From contig CAVQAL010000006.1 in NCBI GenBank assembly GCA_963710575.1, positions 245,349 to 309,348 of the forward strand: a DNA stretch of 64,000 nt. Direction: 5' to 3'. The notes below the pieces were generated by a model that was given only the letters and a program-made list of their open reading frames with translations, searched no databases and was not told the DNA's origin. Every line of letters begins with the position of its first letter. The first letter of the stretch is position 1. The translations under genes were made by a program, and so were the position numbers. This document shows, one piece after another, positions 19,321 through 29,765 of the stretch. The DNA comes from an uncultured delta proteobacterium. Lineage in GTDB: Bacteria; Desulfobacterota; Syntrophia; Syntrophales; Smithellaceae.

Positions 19321-19379
19321 GAGGAGCCCCCTACGGCAGGAGCCAGAGGATTTCAAGTCTCGCGGAATTGCAGGCTTAC

Positions 19380-22300
19380 TTAAAGTTTTTCAAGCTCATC
19401 AATCAACTGGTTCAACTTTTTGGGTGAGACTGGATAAGGAGTTTTGAGTTCCTGTGCGAACAGGGATATTTTGTATTCTTCAATCATCCAGAATAATTCT
19501 TCAATCATCTTCCTTTTCTCTTCCGGATAATCCACGAGAAGATCGTCTTTAAACCGGTTGATTTCCCGGATACCGATACGCAATGGTATAAAGTCGCCCA
19601 TGGCTGGGGTAAGCATTTGCTGAAGCTGCCGGGAATAAATCAAAACTTGCTGCATTTTCTTTTGCGCTGTGGCAAGATTGAGGCTTCCCCGCTCGGCCCG
19701 CAGAGCAAAGGCTTTGCAATAGCGCGGCAAATCCTTCATGCGATCAAATGTATAAAACTCAAGAAAATCAATTGGCACAAGGTTTTCAAGCTCTGTTTGG
19801 ATCTCCCGGATAAAATTCAACACAGGATTATTGCCAATATTCTTCTTCATGAGTTTTTGCACACAGGCATGAGTATTGTCAAAGGCTTTTAATACGGGCT
19901 CTATGGAAATAAGCACCTGCTGTCCATATTGCAGAATTTTAGAATCCAGGGAATCGGCGTGCTCAATAAAATCTTCCTGCTTACGCCATGGTTTTAAAAA
20001 TAAATCTTTTTTAATCCTGTTGACAATTGATTGTTCCAGATGTTTCGGATTGCCAATATTTGCCGCAATGGCTTTCATCTCGGCGTTCAGGGCAACATTC
20101 TTTTTGAGTTGTTTCAGTTTGTCAGCAAAATGAATTTCATAAAGAGCCGCAACGCCTTTAAGATGATTGGCTACGCTTTCTTTCTGGTCGGAAAAGAGCC
20201 GGAGATTAATAGAATCATCCGTCAGATGAAGGGCCGGATAGGCATAGCCGATAAGGCCTTGAATTCCGGTTAGAGGAATTTGCCGGGGCAATTCGTCAAA
20301 GTCCCAACGGGTGATTCCTTCTTTTTCCCAATCACCGCGGATTTTATCCATCGCCGATGTATTTAACGTGTCCGCAAGTTCTTTTTGCAGAAGATTAATG
20401 TCCCGGCTGTTTTTTATTTCTTTCCCTTTTTCATCAATTACACTGTAACGAATATTCAAGTGATCCGGCAGTTTTTCCAACGCCCAGGCATCACGAGGAA
20501 CTGTTACTTTGTATTTATCTTGTAATAGTTGACTCAAGGCCTGCGGCAAAGATTTATTTAAATATGATTTCTGTTCCAACAATGACTGGGCAATGTGTAC
20601 GGGCGAGGGAAGTCTTTGGCGCAGTGATTTAGGAAGTGACTTCAATAAATAAACGGCCTTTCCCTGCAATAACGACGGCAGATAGCGGTCAATATTTTCC
20701 GCAGCGGCCGTGGAAACAAATCCCAGAGGAACATTTACGGTCACACCATCATCGGTTTTGCCGGGTTCAAAACTATAATGGCAGGCAAACGCAACATCCC
20801 CGACTTTTATTTGATCGGGATATTGAGATATTTCTTCAGGATCAGGTTCATGGGCAATCAGATCCTCTTCCCGGAAACGCAAAAATTCATCACTGCCTTT
20901 TTCTTTAATAAGGTTAAGTAAAGACCGGATATCGGATATTACCGGCAGTCTTTGTTCGTAAAGACGGGCGATTGTTTCTTCATCAGCGACAAGTCCACGT
21001 TTACGCAGTTTTTCTTCCATCGTCCTAACCTGGTTGAATAAAGACAAGTTATGTTCCAGAAAAGGAATGCGGCGGGGAACTTCTCCGGCAACAAGGGCTT
21101 CCCGAATAAAAATTGATCTGGCTTCCTCGGGATTAATTCTTTCATAAGCGACAGATCTTTGTTCCACAATTGTCAAACCAAAAAGAGTTACTTTTTCCAG
21201 AGCGACAACCTGCCCGCGATTTTTCTCCCAATGGGCGGCAGCGTAAGTATAGCGGCAATTATCGCGCCCCAGTTCCTCCAGCCACTCACTTTTAATATTG
21301 GCAACGTTGCGGGCAAAGACCCGTGAGGTCATACTTATTTCCGCCGCCACGATCCAACTGCCCGCTCGATTAAATAGTCCGGAACCGGGGAAAATCATCA
21401 CAGCCCTGCTCTTGGCCGCGGTGTAAAAGTTTTTTTCCTTTTTTTGGGCAATGTTGGAAAGATAACCGCTGAGAATGCAGCGATGAATTTTGTCGGATAT
21501 TTCCTGATTTATTTCAATCTTGATATATTTTTTGTTTTTTGCCGTTTTATTTTTCCCGCCGATAATGTCCATTACTTGATGATAGATGTCACGCCATTCA
21601 ATCATTCTTTTATAGGAAAGAAAATGTTCATGGCAGAATTTTCTTAATTTGCTCTGAGAAGGCAGGCTTTCCAGCGATCCATGATAGCGATTCCAGATGT
21701 TAAGATAGGTTAAGAAATCCGATTCGGGATGCGCGAATAGAGCATGGGCTTTTGAGGCCTGATCGGCCTTGTCATAGGGCCGTTCGCGGGGGTCCTGAAT
21801 GGAGAGCGCCGCGGCAATGACGGCAATTTCGTTTACGCAGGCTTCTTTTTTAGCTTCGATCAGCATGCGGGAAACCCGAGGATCAAGCGGAAACTCGGCC
21901 ATCGTCCGGCCAACTTCAGTCAGCTTATAGTGATTTGCTTCTTCAGAACCATCATCTTTGGTCAGAGCTCCCAAATCGCGCAAAATATCGATACCGTCGC
22001 GAATACTTTTTGGTTGTGGCCGGTCAACAAAAGGAAAGGCGTTGACAGAGCCGAGATTGAGGGAAAGCATCCGCAGAATAACGCCGGCCAGATTGGAACG
22101 CATTATTTCCGGCGGCGTGTAAAGAGGCTTCTGGGAGAATTCTTCCTGGGAATAGAGCCTGATACAAATGCCGTTTTGCACACGGCCGCAGCGGCCTTTT
22201 CTCTGTTCCGCGCTGCTCAGTGATATTGGTTTTATCGGCAGGCCTGTAGTCTGGCTGCGGGGGTTATATTCCAGGATGCGCGCGAACCCCGCGTCAATCA

Positions 22301-23390
22301 CATATTTGATTCCAGGAATTGTCAGTGAAGTTTCTGCTATATTTGTGGCTACTATAATTTTTTGTTGGCCGGCTGAGGCAAAAATAAGTTTTTGCTGAGC
22401 ACCGGAAAGCCTTGCGTATAAAGGTAGAATCAGGCCTGTGCATTTTTTAGCCAAAAGACCGCAGGTCTCCCGGATATCCTGTTCGGTGGGCATAAAAATC
22501 AAAATATCTTCATAACGTCTTTCCTTTTGTAAATTCTCCACACAGGCAACGGCTTCATCAATGTATGTTGTTTCGCCATTTTCTTCTTTGACCGGATCAA
22601 TCGGCCGATAGCGGACTTCTACCGGATACATCCGGCCGGATACTTTGATAACTGGTGCATTATTAAAAGCCTCGGAAAATTTTTCCGTATCAATCGTTGC
22701 CGAAGTGATGATTACTTTTAAATCTTTTCTTTTGAGAAGCAGTGTCCGCAAATAGCCTAAAATAAAATCGATGTTCAGGCTTCGTTCGTGAGCTTCATCT
22801 ACAATGATGGTATCATAGGCTAGCAAATTATGGTCTTTGACCGTTTCCGCAAGCAAAATTCCATCGGTCATGACTTTTATCAGCGGCTCGGATGATGTCT
22901 TTTCTTCAAAGCGGATTTTATAGGCAATAGATTTACCGCATTCTTCACCACATTCTGCCGCAATACGCTGGGCAATGCTGACAGCCGCAATACGTCGAGG
23001 TTGGGTAAGGCCGATAATTCCCCGCAATCCGCAACCGGCGGCAAGACACATTTTGGGAATTTGTGTTGTCTTTCCCGATCCGGTTTCGCCGGTAATAATT
23101 ATCACTTGATTGTTTTTGATGCTGTCAATAATATTCTGTTTCTTTGATGATATAGGCAAATCCGGCGGAAATTTGAGATGGGGAATACTTTGTGACCGCT
23201 GATGATAACGTTTATTGGAAAGCGTTAAGATTATTTTCAGTCTGTTTAATTTTCTGAAAGAAGCGGCGTCATCCTTAAATTTATTTTGTTCAATATTCTT
23301 CAGTTCGCGGGTAATATTATAATAATCCGCAATCATGGCAGCATCAAGGCTTTGTCTAATTTGCCGAATATGTTGCATTGAACTTGGCAA
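19380..23390 (-). CDS. hrpA: ATP-dependent RNA helicase HrpA (DEAH-box, 1336 aa)
   Basis: Walker A GETGSGKTTQIP, DEAHERS box, HA2/OB region and the long HrpA-specific C-terminal extension. The track start is a TTG at 23390; ATG 23378 (MQHIRQ) is an alternative. Confidence 0.9.
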   Translation of the reverse strand: MPSSMQHIRQIRQSLDAAMIADYYNITRELKNIEQNKFKDDAASFRKLNRLKIILTLSNKRYHQRSQSIPHLKFPPDLPISSKKQNIIDSIKNNQVIIITGETGSGKTTQIPKMCLAAGCGLRGIIGLTQPRRIAAVSIAQRIAAECGEECGKSIAYKIRFEEKTSSEPLIKVMTDGILLAETVKDHNLLAYDTIIVDEAHERSLNIDFILGYLRTLLLKRKDLKVIITSATIDTEKFSEAFNNAPVIKVSGRMYPVEVRYRPIDPVKEENGETTYIDEAVACVENLQKERRYEDILIFMPTEQDIRETCGLLAKKCTGLILPLYARLSGAQQKLIFASAGQQKIIVATNIAETSLTIPGIKYVIDAGFARILEYNPRSQTTGLPIKPISLSSAEQRKGRCGRVQNGICIRLYSQEEFSQKPLYTPPEIMRSNLAGVILRMLSLNLGSVNAFPFVDRPQPKSIRDGIDILRDLGALTKDDGSEEANHYKLTEVGRTMAEFPLDPRVSRMLIEAKKEACVNEIAVIAAALSIQDPRERPYDKADQASKAHALFAHPESDFLTYLNIWNRYHGSLESLPSQSKLRKFCHEHFLSYKRMIEWRDIYHQVMDIIGGKNKTAKNKKYIKIEINQEISDKIHRCILSGYLSNIAQKKEKNFYTAAKSRAVMIFPGSGLFNRAGSWIVAAEISMTSRVFARNVANIKSEWLEELGRDNCRYTYAAAHWEKNRGQVVALEKVTLFGLTIVEQRSVAYERINPEEARSIFIREALVAGEVPRRIPFLEHNLSLFNQVRTMEEKLRKRGLVADEETIARLYEQRLPVISDIRSLLNLIKEKGSDEFLRFREEDLIAHEPDPEEISQYPDQIKVGDVAFACHYSFEPGKTDDGVTVNVPLGFVSTAAAENIDRYLPSLLQGKAVYLLKSLPKSLRQRLPSPVHIAQSLLEQKSYLNKSLPQALSQLLQDKYKVTVPRDAWALEKLPDHLNIRYSVIDEKGKEIKNSRDINLLQKELADTLNTSAMDKIRGDWEKEGITRWDFDELPRQIPLTGIQGLIGYAYPALHLTDDSINLRLFSDQKESVANHLKGVAALYEIHFADKLKQLKKNVALNAEMKAIAANIGNPKHLEQSIVNRIKKDLFLKPWRKQEDFIEHADSLDSKILQYGQQVLISIEPVLKAFDNTHACVQKLMKKNIGNNPVLNFIREIQTELENLVPIDFLEFYTFDRMKDLPRYCKAFALRAERGSLNLATAQKKMQQVLIYSRQLQQMLTPAMGDFIPLRIGIREINRFKDDLLVDYPEEKRKMIEELFWMIEEYKISLFAQELKTPYPVSPKKLNQLIDELEKL

Positions 23391-23783
23391 TTCTTTTCTC
23401 CTGAAAAATATTAATGGATGTTTTATTTCATATGTAGAGTGCCACTGTCAATGCCGGAATTGTAGTACCAATTTTCGAATTAGTTATTTATCTCGTAATT
23501 TATATGATCTGGTGGGGCCGGTGCTTAGCGAAAGATTAAGAGCTTAGCCGAATGAACATTTTCTATTGCGCTGTAAACGGAATTTATCTACGAACACGTA
23601 TTCATAACCATCTGTAAATCCTGTAAAATACAAAGTGAAACGTCCAGAACATAAAAATCAATCGGGAGTAACACACGTCTTGATTCTTTTGTTGACGATG
23701 CAGGGGTAAACTCAATCATTTAAGTTGGGACTCTTGCAGCCTTTGTAACTAGCGCCGCAGCAACTGAGGCAGTTTGCTTTATG

Positions 23784-25199
23784 TCAACCAACTCGTCGAG
23801 AGCTCTGGATGCATTTTTTCACCCACGCGGTATATGGTGGATAAACCATTTTCAATAGGTCCGGCCACCCTTGCGTAAGCACCGCGCGCTGGTGCGAGAA
23901 AGTCACAAACCCGAAGTGGCCGTGGTAGTTGCCCATGCCGCTATTGCCGATACCGCCAAAAGGCAAGTTTCCATTGGCAAGATGCATGATGAGGCTGTTT
24001 ACACACGTTCCGCCAGCCGTTGTTTCACCAAGAATCTTTTCGATGTTCGCGTGGCTTTGACTGAAGATGTAGAGCGCCAGCGGTTTCTCGCGTCTGTGGA
24101 TGATCTCGATCGCTTCATCCAAGGTATGAAACGAAATAACAGGCAGAATCGGCCCAAAAATCTCGTTTTGCATGATGGGTGAATCGTTATGGACATGAGT
24201 GAGCATAGTGGGCGCGACAAAACGTTCATCAGGGTCAGCTTCCCCTCCGAATGCCACCTGCGCTCCGGCGGCAATGGCTTTGTTGAGGAGCGTTTCCAGT
24301 TCGCGGGCTTTACGGACGGTTATGATACGACAGAAGTCCGGGCTTTCACTTTGGCTCGCAATCGACGCTCCAAATCGTGCCGCGATCACCTGCCGGGCGA
24401 TTGTGACGAAGTTATCTACAATGGATTCGTGCATCAGGATGTAATCTGGTGCAACGCAAGTCTGACCCGCATTGATGAACTTGCCCCACGAAATTCGCTC
24501 GGCTGCCGTCCGGAGATCTGCGGTTTCATCGACGATGACTGGCGACTTTCCGCCAAGCTCGAGCGTTACGCTGGCGAGGTTTTTTGCGGCGGCGGCCATT
24601 ATTTTTTTCCCGACCGAAGGACTACCCGTAAAGAAAATGTGATCAAACGGAAGTTCTAGAAGGGCATCCGATACCAATGAGTTTCCTTCAAAGAAGGCAA
24701 CTTCGTTCTCGGGAAAAACCTCGGCAAGCAACGCCTTCATCATGGCGCTTGTTTTCGGTGTCTTGCTCGATGGCTTAACGATAACGCAGTTGCCAGCGGC
24801 AATCGCGGATGTGAGCGGTGTGATTGTCAAGTTGAAGGGATAGTTCCATGGCGATAGGATGAGTACCATACCTCTGGGTTCGTGCCGATATTCCGAGCGC
24901 GTACCAAAGAGAGAAAGCGGTGTGGGCACTCTGACCGGTTTCATCCACGAAACAAGGTGAGCAATCGTGTGTTTAATTTCAGAGATAGCCGGAATAATTT
25001 CGGTGAGATCCGATTCTGCGGGGTTTTTGCGAAAGTCTTCGTAAATTGCTTTTTGGATCAACGGCGTTTTAGCTTCGATCAGAGCCCGCAGATGTTTCAG
25101 TTTACCAATGCGTTCCACGGCGTTTGTCTCAGCAACCTTCCAACGGTTAGCCCTCTGGAGTTCGAAAACGCGTGTGATTTCGTTTTGTATGTTGTCCAT
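23784..25199 (-). CDS. NAD(P)-dependent aldehyde dehydrogenase (class-3/coniferyl-aldehyde-dehydrogenase-like, 471 aa)
   Basis: ALDH signatures ELGGKSP (Glu active site) and FINAGQTCVAPDY (Cys active site). Confidence 0.85.
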   Translation of the reverse strand: MDNIQNEITRVFELQRANRWKVAETNAVERIGKLKHLRALIEAKTPLIQKAIYEDFRKNPAESDLTEIIPAISEIKHTIAHLVSWMKPVRVPTPLSLFGTRSEYRHEPRGMVLILSPWNYPFNLTITPLTSAIAAGNCVIVKPSSKTPKTSAMMKALLAEVFPENEVAFFEGNSLVSDALLELPFDHIFFTGSPSVGKKIMAAAAKNLASVTLELGGKSPVIVDETADLRTAAERISWGKFINAGQTCVAPDYILMHESIVDNFVTIARQVIAARFGASIASQSESPDFCRIITVRKARELETLLNKAIAAGAQVAFGGEADPDERFVAPTMLTHVHNDSPIMQNEIFGPILPVISFHTLDEAIEIIHRREKPLALYIFSQSHANIEKILGETTAGGTCVNSLIMHLANGNLPFGGIGNSGMGNYHGHFGFVTFSHQRAVLTQGWPDLLKMVYPPYTAWVKKCIQSSRRVG

Positions 25200-25323
25200 A
25201 AAAGGTCCTTTCTAATTTGCTAAACTTCTTTAGCCTTGGGTCAAAGAGAAAAGCGATGCAGAATAATAATGATGCTTATAACGCTTTTTCATCAAGTCTA
25301 ATAGCCCAACCTGAATAAACAGA

Positions 25324-26247
25324 TTAAATTTTGATGCCCTTAATGAAATCTATATAATACGTTGCTGTTTCCTGCGGTTTTTCCATCATGGGCACATGGC
25401 CGCAATCCTTGATGATTACAGTTTTGTGATTCTTTAATCCCTTTTCGAAAACCGGTACGCTGGAGATATCAACACATTTATCCTGATCGCCCCAAAGAAT
25501 TAAAGTTGTCGCTTTTATTTTCGGCAGGTCTTTTTCGAGAGAGGAAAAATCAGGAAATATTTCGTTGCCCTCCTTTTCATAAAATTGGCGATTGGCTAAA
25601 GCAGTTTTGATCATTACTTTCTCTATAGGGTAAGGTACACTCGGCAGGTTAACAAAAAGGAGCGCCGCCAAGCGCGGCATATCTTTGCTGTCTTTTAATA
25701 AAAGTGGATTTTCGCCTTTTTCTGCTATTTTTAATGCTACACTTTTTTCTAAAGACTTGACCCCTACGGCGTCAAAAAGTCCCACGCTGATAATTTCATC
25801 AGGATAGCGCACAGCATAAATTCCTGCAAATAAACCGCCCATGGAATTACCCGCGATATGAAATTTTTTCAACTCAATTGCCTGTATGAATTTATGCAAA
25901 CGCGACATCTGATTGGATAAGTCGTAGGAGTCCTTCTCGATCATCGAGCTTTCTCCATAGCCAGGAAGATCGGGGATCACCACATGGTAATCTTTAGTTA
26001 AATAAGGAGCAAAAGTTATCCAGTTGTCTTTGCTTCCTGTATAGCCGTGCAAAAGTAATATTGTCGGTCCCTTGCCTCCCTCCAGATAAACAATTTTATG
26101 GTCATCAATCTTGATTTCTTTTTTAGTCAGACCAGCCTTGCTTCTGGCTGCAGCCATCATATAACCGGCTACTTTTTCCGGAAAAGCATAATAACAGGCC
26201 ACTAACGCGACGATAATAACTAATACAGCCATGAAAAGTTTTTTCAT
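25324..26247 (-). CDS. Membrane-anchored alpha/beta hydrolase (307 aa)
   Basis: N-terminal TM/signal anchor MKKLFMAVLVIIVALVACYY. HGYTGS oxyanion region, GNSMGG nucleophile elbow, and C-terminal GHVPMMEKP (His). GAGGAGG RBS. Confidence 0.8.
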   Translation of the reverse strand: MKKLFMAVLVIIVALVACYYAFPEKVAGYMMAAARSKAGLTKKEIKIDDHKIVYLEGGKGPTILLLHGYTGSKDNWITFAPYLTKDYHVVIPDLPGYGESSMIEKDSYDLSNQMSRLHKFIQAIELKKFHIAGNSMGGLFAGIYAVRYPDEIISVGLFDAVGVKSLEKSVALKIAEKGENPLLLKDSKDMPRLAALLFVNLPSVPYPIEKVMIKTALANRQFYEKEGNEIFPDFSSLEKDLPKIKATTLILWGDQDKCVDISSVPVFEKGLKNHKTVIIKDCGHVPMMEKPQETATYYIDFIKGIKI

Positions 26248-26271
26248 TTTTTCCTCCTCATACTTTTGGTT

Positions 26272-27426
26272 TCAGAATGCAGGATTCGGCTTATTTTTTT
26301 TGGGCAGAATCCTCACGACTCTTTCTTTGCCTTCGACCATTGATATCGCGTTTTGCGGACAGAAATGCGCGCACACTCCGCATCCGATGCATCGCTCTAC
26401 CCTGCGGCGGGCTTTTTTATCGTCGTTTAAATAAGCCGCATAGGTGTGACACACCTTGACACATTTACCGCAACCGATGCAGAGATCATCGTTGACCACG
26501 GATAAAAAATTGGTCGCGTTAGCTATGGGCGCGATCATATTATCGACTCCGTTGGCGCAGCAGCATCTGCAGCAGTTGCAGATGCTTGTTTCATCCTTAC
26601 TGGTATCGAAATTCGGATGATAGGCTTTGTGCACGAGCCCCGCGTCCTCTGCCCGCTTTAAAACCATCAATGCTTCATCTTTCGAGATCATCCTCGAAAA
26701 ACCCTGCTCCGACGTAAATCTCGCCGATTTGCCGAAAGTAAAACAGTTTTCTCTTTCATCCGTCTGTTTACACGGAGTTCCGGACATGTCTTTATGATGC
26801 CGGCAAAAACAATGCCCCAGTGCTATTTCATCAAATTTTTGTATCAACTCCTCAACCTTTTTAGTCGGGACAATTTTGTCAGACGCGGCATTAATTTCTT
26901 GATCAATAATAATTTTTATTTTTTCATTTTTAGGTTTGTTGTCAAAAATAGGCACTGTTCTGTCGACCGGCGGTAAATTCGATAAATGAGGAATGAGAGC
27001 GTCATAATTCTGCTGGACCATATTTTCTAATTCCCCGAACAATTTATCGAATAACAGGGATATCTCTCTGTTTTTGTCGTTCTTCTCGATATTACCCATA
27101 AAAGTATATTCAAAAGTTCCGACGTTCAACAGCGGCAGCAATCTGTAGACCATAATTCCCTTGCTGTTGGGCTGATTGAAGATAACGCCCCGGCCCGCCA
27201 GATCCTTCACCTTTTTACCGATTTCTTCTTCCGATAATCCGCTCGATAACTTTAATTGTTCCATTGTCTGGGATTTTTTATCATGGAAAGAAGCAATAAA
27301 ATCTACTTCATCTTCCATAATAAAAAATTTCAAAAGTTTAATAAGGGTATCGTTAACAGGAATCGGTGTTCCCCCTGCTGTGCTTATGATTTCACCGGCT
27401 TTTTTGTATTTTTCATCAATATTCAT
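26272..27426 (-). CDS. 4Fe-4S dicluster-domain protein with a Cys-rich central region (~384 aa)
   Basis: C-terminal CIGCGKCVKVC and CIGCGVCAHFCP ferredoxin motifs. Upstream Cys clusters GHCFCRHHK...C...C and CNCCRCCC. Start moved to ATG 27426 (MNIDEKY), after AGAGGA. Confidence 0.7.
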   Translation of the reverse strand: MNIDEKYKKAGEIISTAGGTPIPVNDTLIKLLKFFIMEDEVDFIASFHDKKSQTMEQLKLSSGLSEEEIGKKVKDLAGRGVIFNQPNSKGIMVYRLLPLLNVGTFEYTFMGNIEKNDKNREISLLFDKLFGELENMVQQNYDALIPHLSNLPPVDRTVPIFDNKPKNEKIKIIIDQEINAASDKIVPTKKVEELIQKFDEIALGHCFCRHHKDMSGTPCKQTDERENCFTFGKSARFTSEQGFSRMISKDEALMVLKRAEDAGLVHKAYHPNFDTSKDETSICNCCRCCCANGVDNMIAPIANATNFLSVVNDDLCIGCGKCVKVCHTYAAYLNDDKKARRRVERCIGCGVCAHFCPQNAISMVEGKERVVRILPKKNKPNPAF

Positions 27427-27480
27427 ATTTATTCCTCTGGATTTAATTTTATACAACACTGCAAACAAATTAGTATAGTA

Positions 27481-28038
27481 TTAAAACATCATCTTATCAA
27501 ATGTATTCAAATACACTATTTCGGAGATGGATTTGCGTGGCGGACCTTCTCTTGGCGGCACGGCAGGCCGCCCAATTGGAATGACGGCAACAACTTTATG
27601 GCCTTCCGGGACAGCGATAATTTTTTCACAAGCTTCGTGGTCCATTAAGCCAATCACGACAGTACCCAACCCCAACTCGTGGGCTTTCAGGCAAAGCGTT
27701 TGGACGGCTATACCCAAATCAAACATATACCAGTTATGAATCGCCGTGACTTCCTTTCCGCCGTAACAGCCGGATATACCGGTTTTCGCACAAGCGACAA
27801 TCAAGGCGGAAGCGGTAAGCGAACATTTTGTTGCCGGATTTTTTTCGGCATAAGTGCCGGTTATCTTTTCAATCAATGCCTTCTCGCGGACAACTATGAA
27901 TTCCCACACCTGAGTATTAGCCCAGGAAGGCGACCAGCGTACCGCCTCGAATATCTGCCGGAGCTCCTCGTCAGTGACAACATCCTCGGCAAATTTTCTT
28001 ACACTCCTGCGTTTTAAGATAGCTTCTTGTAGTTCCAT
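27481..28038 (-). CDS. Nitroreductase-family flavoprotein (185 aa)
   Basis: N-terminal ILKRRSVRKF motif and the SWANTQ segment typical of the NfnB/nitroreductase fold. Confidence 0.8.
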   Translation of the reverse strand: MELQEAILKRRSVRKFAEDVVTDEELRQIFEAVRWSPSWANTQVWEFIVVREKALIEKITGTYAEKNPATKCSLTASALIVACAKTGISGCYGGKEVTAIHNWYMFDLGIAVQTLCLKAHELGLGTVVIGLMDHEACEKIIAVPEGHKVVAVIPIGRPAVPPREGPPRKSISEIVYLNTFDKMMF

Positions 28039-28237
28039 AGTCTAATCTCCATCTTTTATTTTTGCCTGTAAGCCTGGTTTGGTGTTTCAATTTCCTTTGA
28101 TTTAATATTCGTGATTTTTGCTTCCAAGAGATTTATGGTCTCATCAGCGACGGCGGAAATAGAAAAAGTATTATTTTTTAATCCGGCTCCAAATAGCCGA
28201 TTAATTCTATAAATATGTGAATTGCAGCGGACTGGCA

Positions 28238-28966
28238 TCAGCATATTCCGCCATTAATGCCTATGACCTGTCCCGTTATATAAGAAGCGTCAGTTGAACA
28301 CAAAAAGCGAATAACGCTGGCGACCTCTTCCGGCTTGCCCAGACGCGCCATGGGAATCATTTTTTTAATTTCGGCTACCGGCGCGTCCTTAATCATTTCG
28401 GTTTCAATTAACCCCGGAGCAACAAGATTAACGCGAATACCAAAGCGTGCCACTTCTGTGGCCAGCGCCCGGGAAGCGGCAATTATTCCCGCCTTGGCCG
28501 CGGCATAATTTGCCTGCCCGCGATTAGGCATCAATGCCGAAAGGGAGGAAACGGAAACGATGGAGCCGCATTTACGCCGGACCATTTCGCGCAAAACAGG
28601 TTTCGTGATGTTATAAAAACCTTTCAGGGTTGTGTTGATGACGCTGTCCCATTCTTCTTCTCCCATCAGCATAAAAAGATTGTCGGCATTTATTCCGGCA
28701 TTGTTAATGAGCACCTGAATATTTTTATGACGTTCGATTATCGTTTTAACAGCATCTTTTGTCTGTGCCATATTGGCGACATCAAATTGAAAAATTTCTC
28801 CATTTCCACCGGCGGATTGCATAAGCTTTAATGTCTCCGCCGCCGCAGCTTCATTGGACTTAAAGTTGATGACTACGAAATACCCGGCTTTGGCCAGTTC
28901 CACGGCCGTGGCGCGGCCGATGCCGCGGCTTGCTCCTGTAATTATCGCTGTTTTTTTTTCTTCCAT
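28238..28966 (-). CDS. fabG: Short-chain dehydrogenase/reductase, 3-oxoacyl-ACP-reductase-like
   Basis: TGASRGIG cofactor motif, NNAG, the catalytic YAAAKAG (YxxxK) and an AAGGAG RBS. The symbol reflects family resemblance only. Confidence 0.8.
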   Translation of the reverse strand: MEEKKTAIITGASRGIGRATAVELAKAGYFVVINFKSNEAAAAETLKLMQSAGGNGEIFQFDVANMAQTKDAVKTIIERHKNIQVLINNAGINADNLFMLMGEEEWDSVINTTLKGFYNITKPVLREMVRRKCGSIVSVSSLSALMPNRGQANYAAAKAGIIAASRALATEVARFGIRVNLVAPGLIETEMIKDAPVAEIKKMIPMARLGKPEEVASVIRFLCSTDASYITGQVIGINGGIC

Positions 28967-29355
28967 TTTTTAATCGTGCTCCTTAAAAAATAATTGCTTT
29001 ACTGTCTTCATTCATGCGTAACAACTAAAGTGAATTAAAAGAGTTTCAGTCATAAAGAGGCCATTGGGGATTTACAACAGCGGTGCTGATGGCAGTGGCG
29101 TCTTTTATTTCCAGAACTCCACTGATAATTTTTATTTTCTTCCGATGCAAAATCAAACTTTCAATATCAACGTTAAGCATAGGCAACTTTTGGAAAATTT
29201 TTAAGTAATAAATGAAAAAACCACGTAGAAGTCAACAAGAATTGTTCTTTTTACGGTAAAAAAGTAAAAAAAAGATGTTGCTCTTTCTGGATACAACGTC
29301 GGCTATGTGTTCAAATTACTTACCAGTCTCCCTACTTTTCGATAGGTAATATCCC

Positions 29356-29384
29356 TTGACAAGAATAAGCAGTCCTCATATACT
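29356..29384 (+). promoter_or_regulatory. Near-consensus sigma70-like promoter (TTGACA-N17-TATACT)
   Basis: The -35 is at 29356-29361, followed by an exact 17-nt spacer and the -10 at 29379-29384. It fires into a decayed ORF and then toward the tandem-PilZ gene ~380 nt downstream. Confidence 0.5.
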
Positions 29385-29390
29385 TATAAG

Positions 29391-29531
29391 GTGAATTTTG
29401 AAACGCTGGAAGATCTGAAACAGTGGGCAAAAGAGAAAGAAAAAGAAATTGATAAATACCCGTCGGCATGGTGCGCCATAGAAATGGCGATACTTGACCT
29501 GCTTTCCCGGGAGAGGGGTTGCTGGATTTGA
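29391..29531 (+). pseudogene. Possible remnant of an enolase-superfamily (MR/MLE-type) gene, 46 codons then stop
   Basis: A GTG-initiated frame encodes ...KYPSAWCAIEMAILDLLSRERG.... This resembles the conserved AxxAIDxALxDLxGK helix of the MR/MLE N-terminal domain. The frame terminates after 46 codons and nothing downstream continues the family pattern. Confidence 0.25.
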
Positions 29532-29765
29532 ATGCTCCAAACTACCTCAAGACTGTTCAGGGACTTCAGGTTATCTCTCCCGAAAATTGGAATGCCGGAT
29601 TTGGGATACAGTGTGTTTGGCCTCTCATTACGGAAGTTATTATCGAAAATTTAACCTTTATTCGGAAGAGCTGATGCAACATCAAGATCTATTAACAGAA
29701 GCCACTTTATCGATTTTCTGTTTTTTACAAGACAATCGATAATAAATTGGGAAACCTTATCAACC

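Noticed and set aside
28056-28244. A 62-codon ORF between the SDR and nitroreductase genes, whose ATG overlaps the SDR stop codon.
   Set aside because: It has no recognisable motif (not an ACP, since it lacks DSL) and is lysine/asparagine-rich with low complexity. It might still be a real coupled small protein, but I cannot support it from sequence alone.
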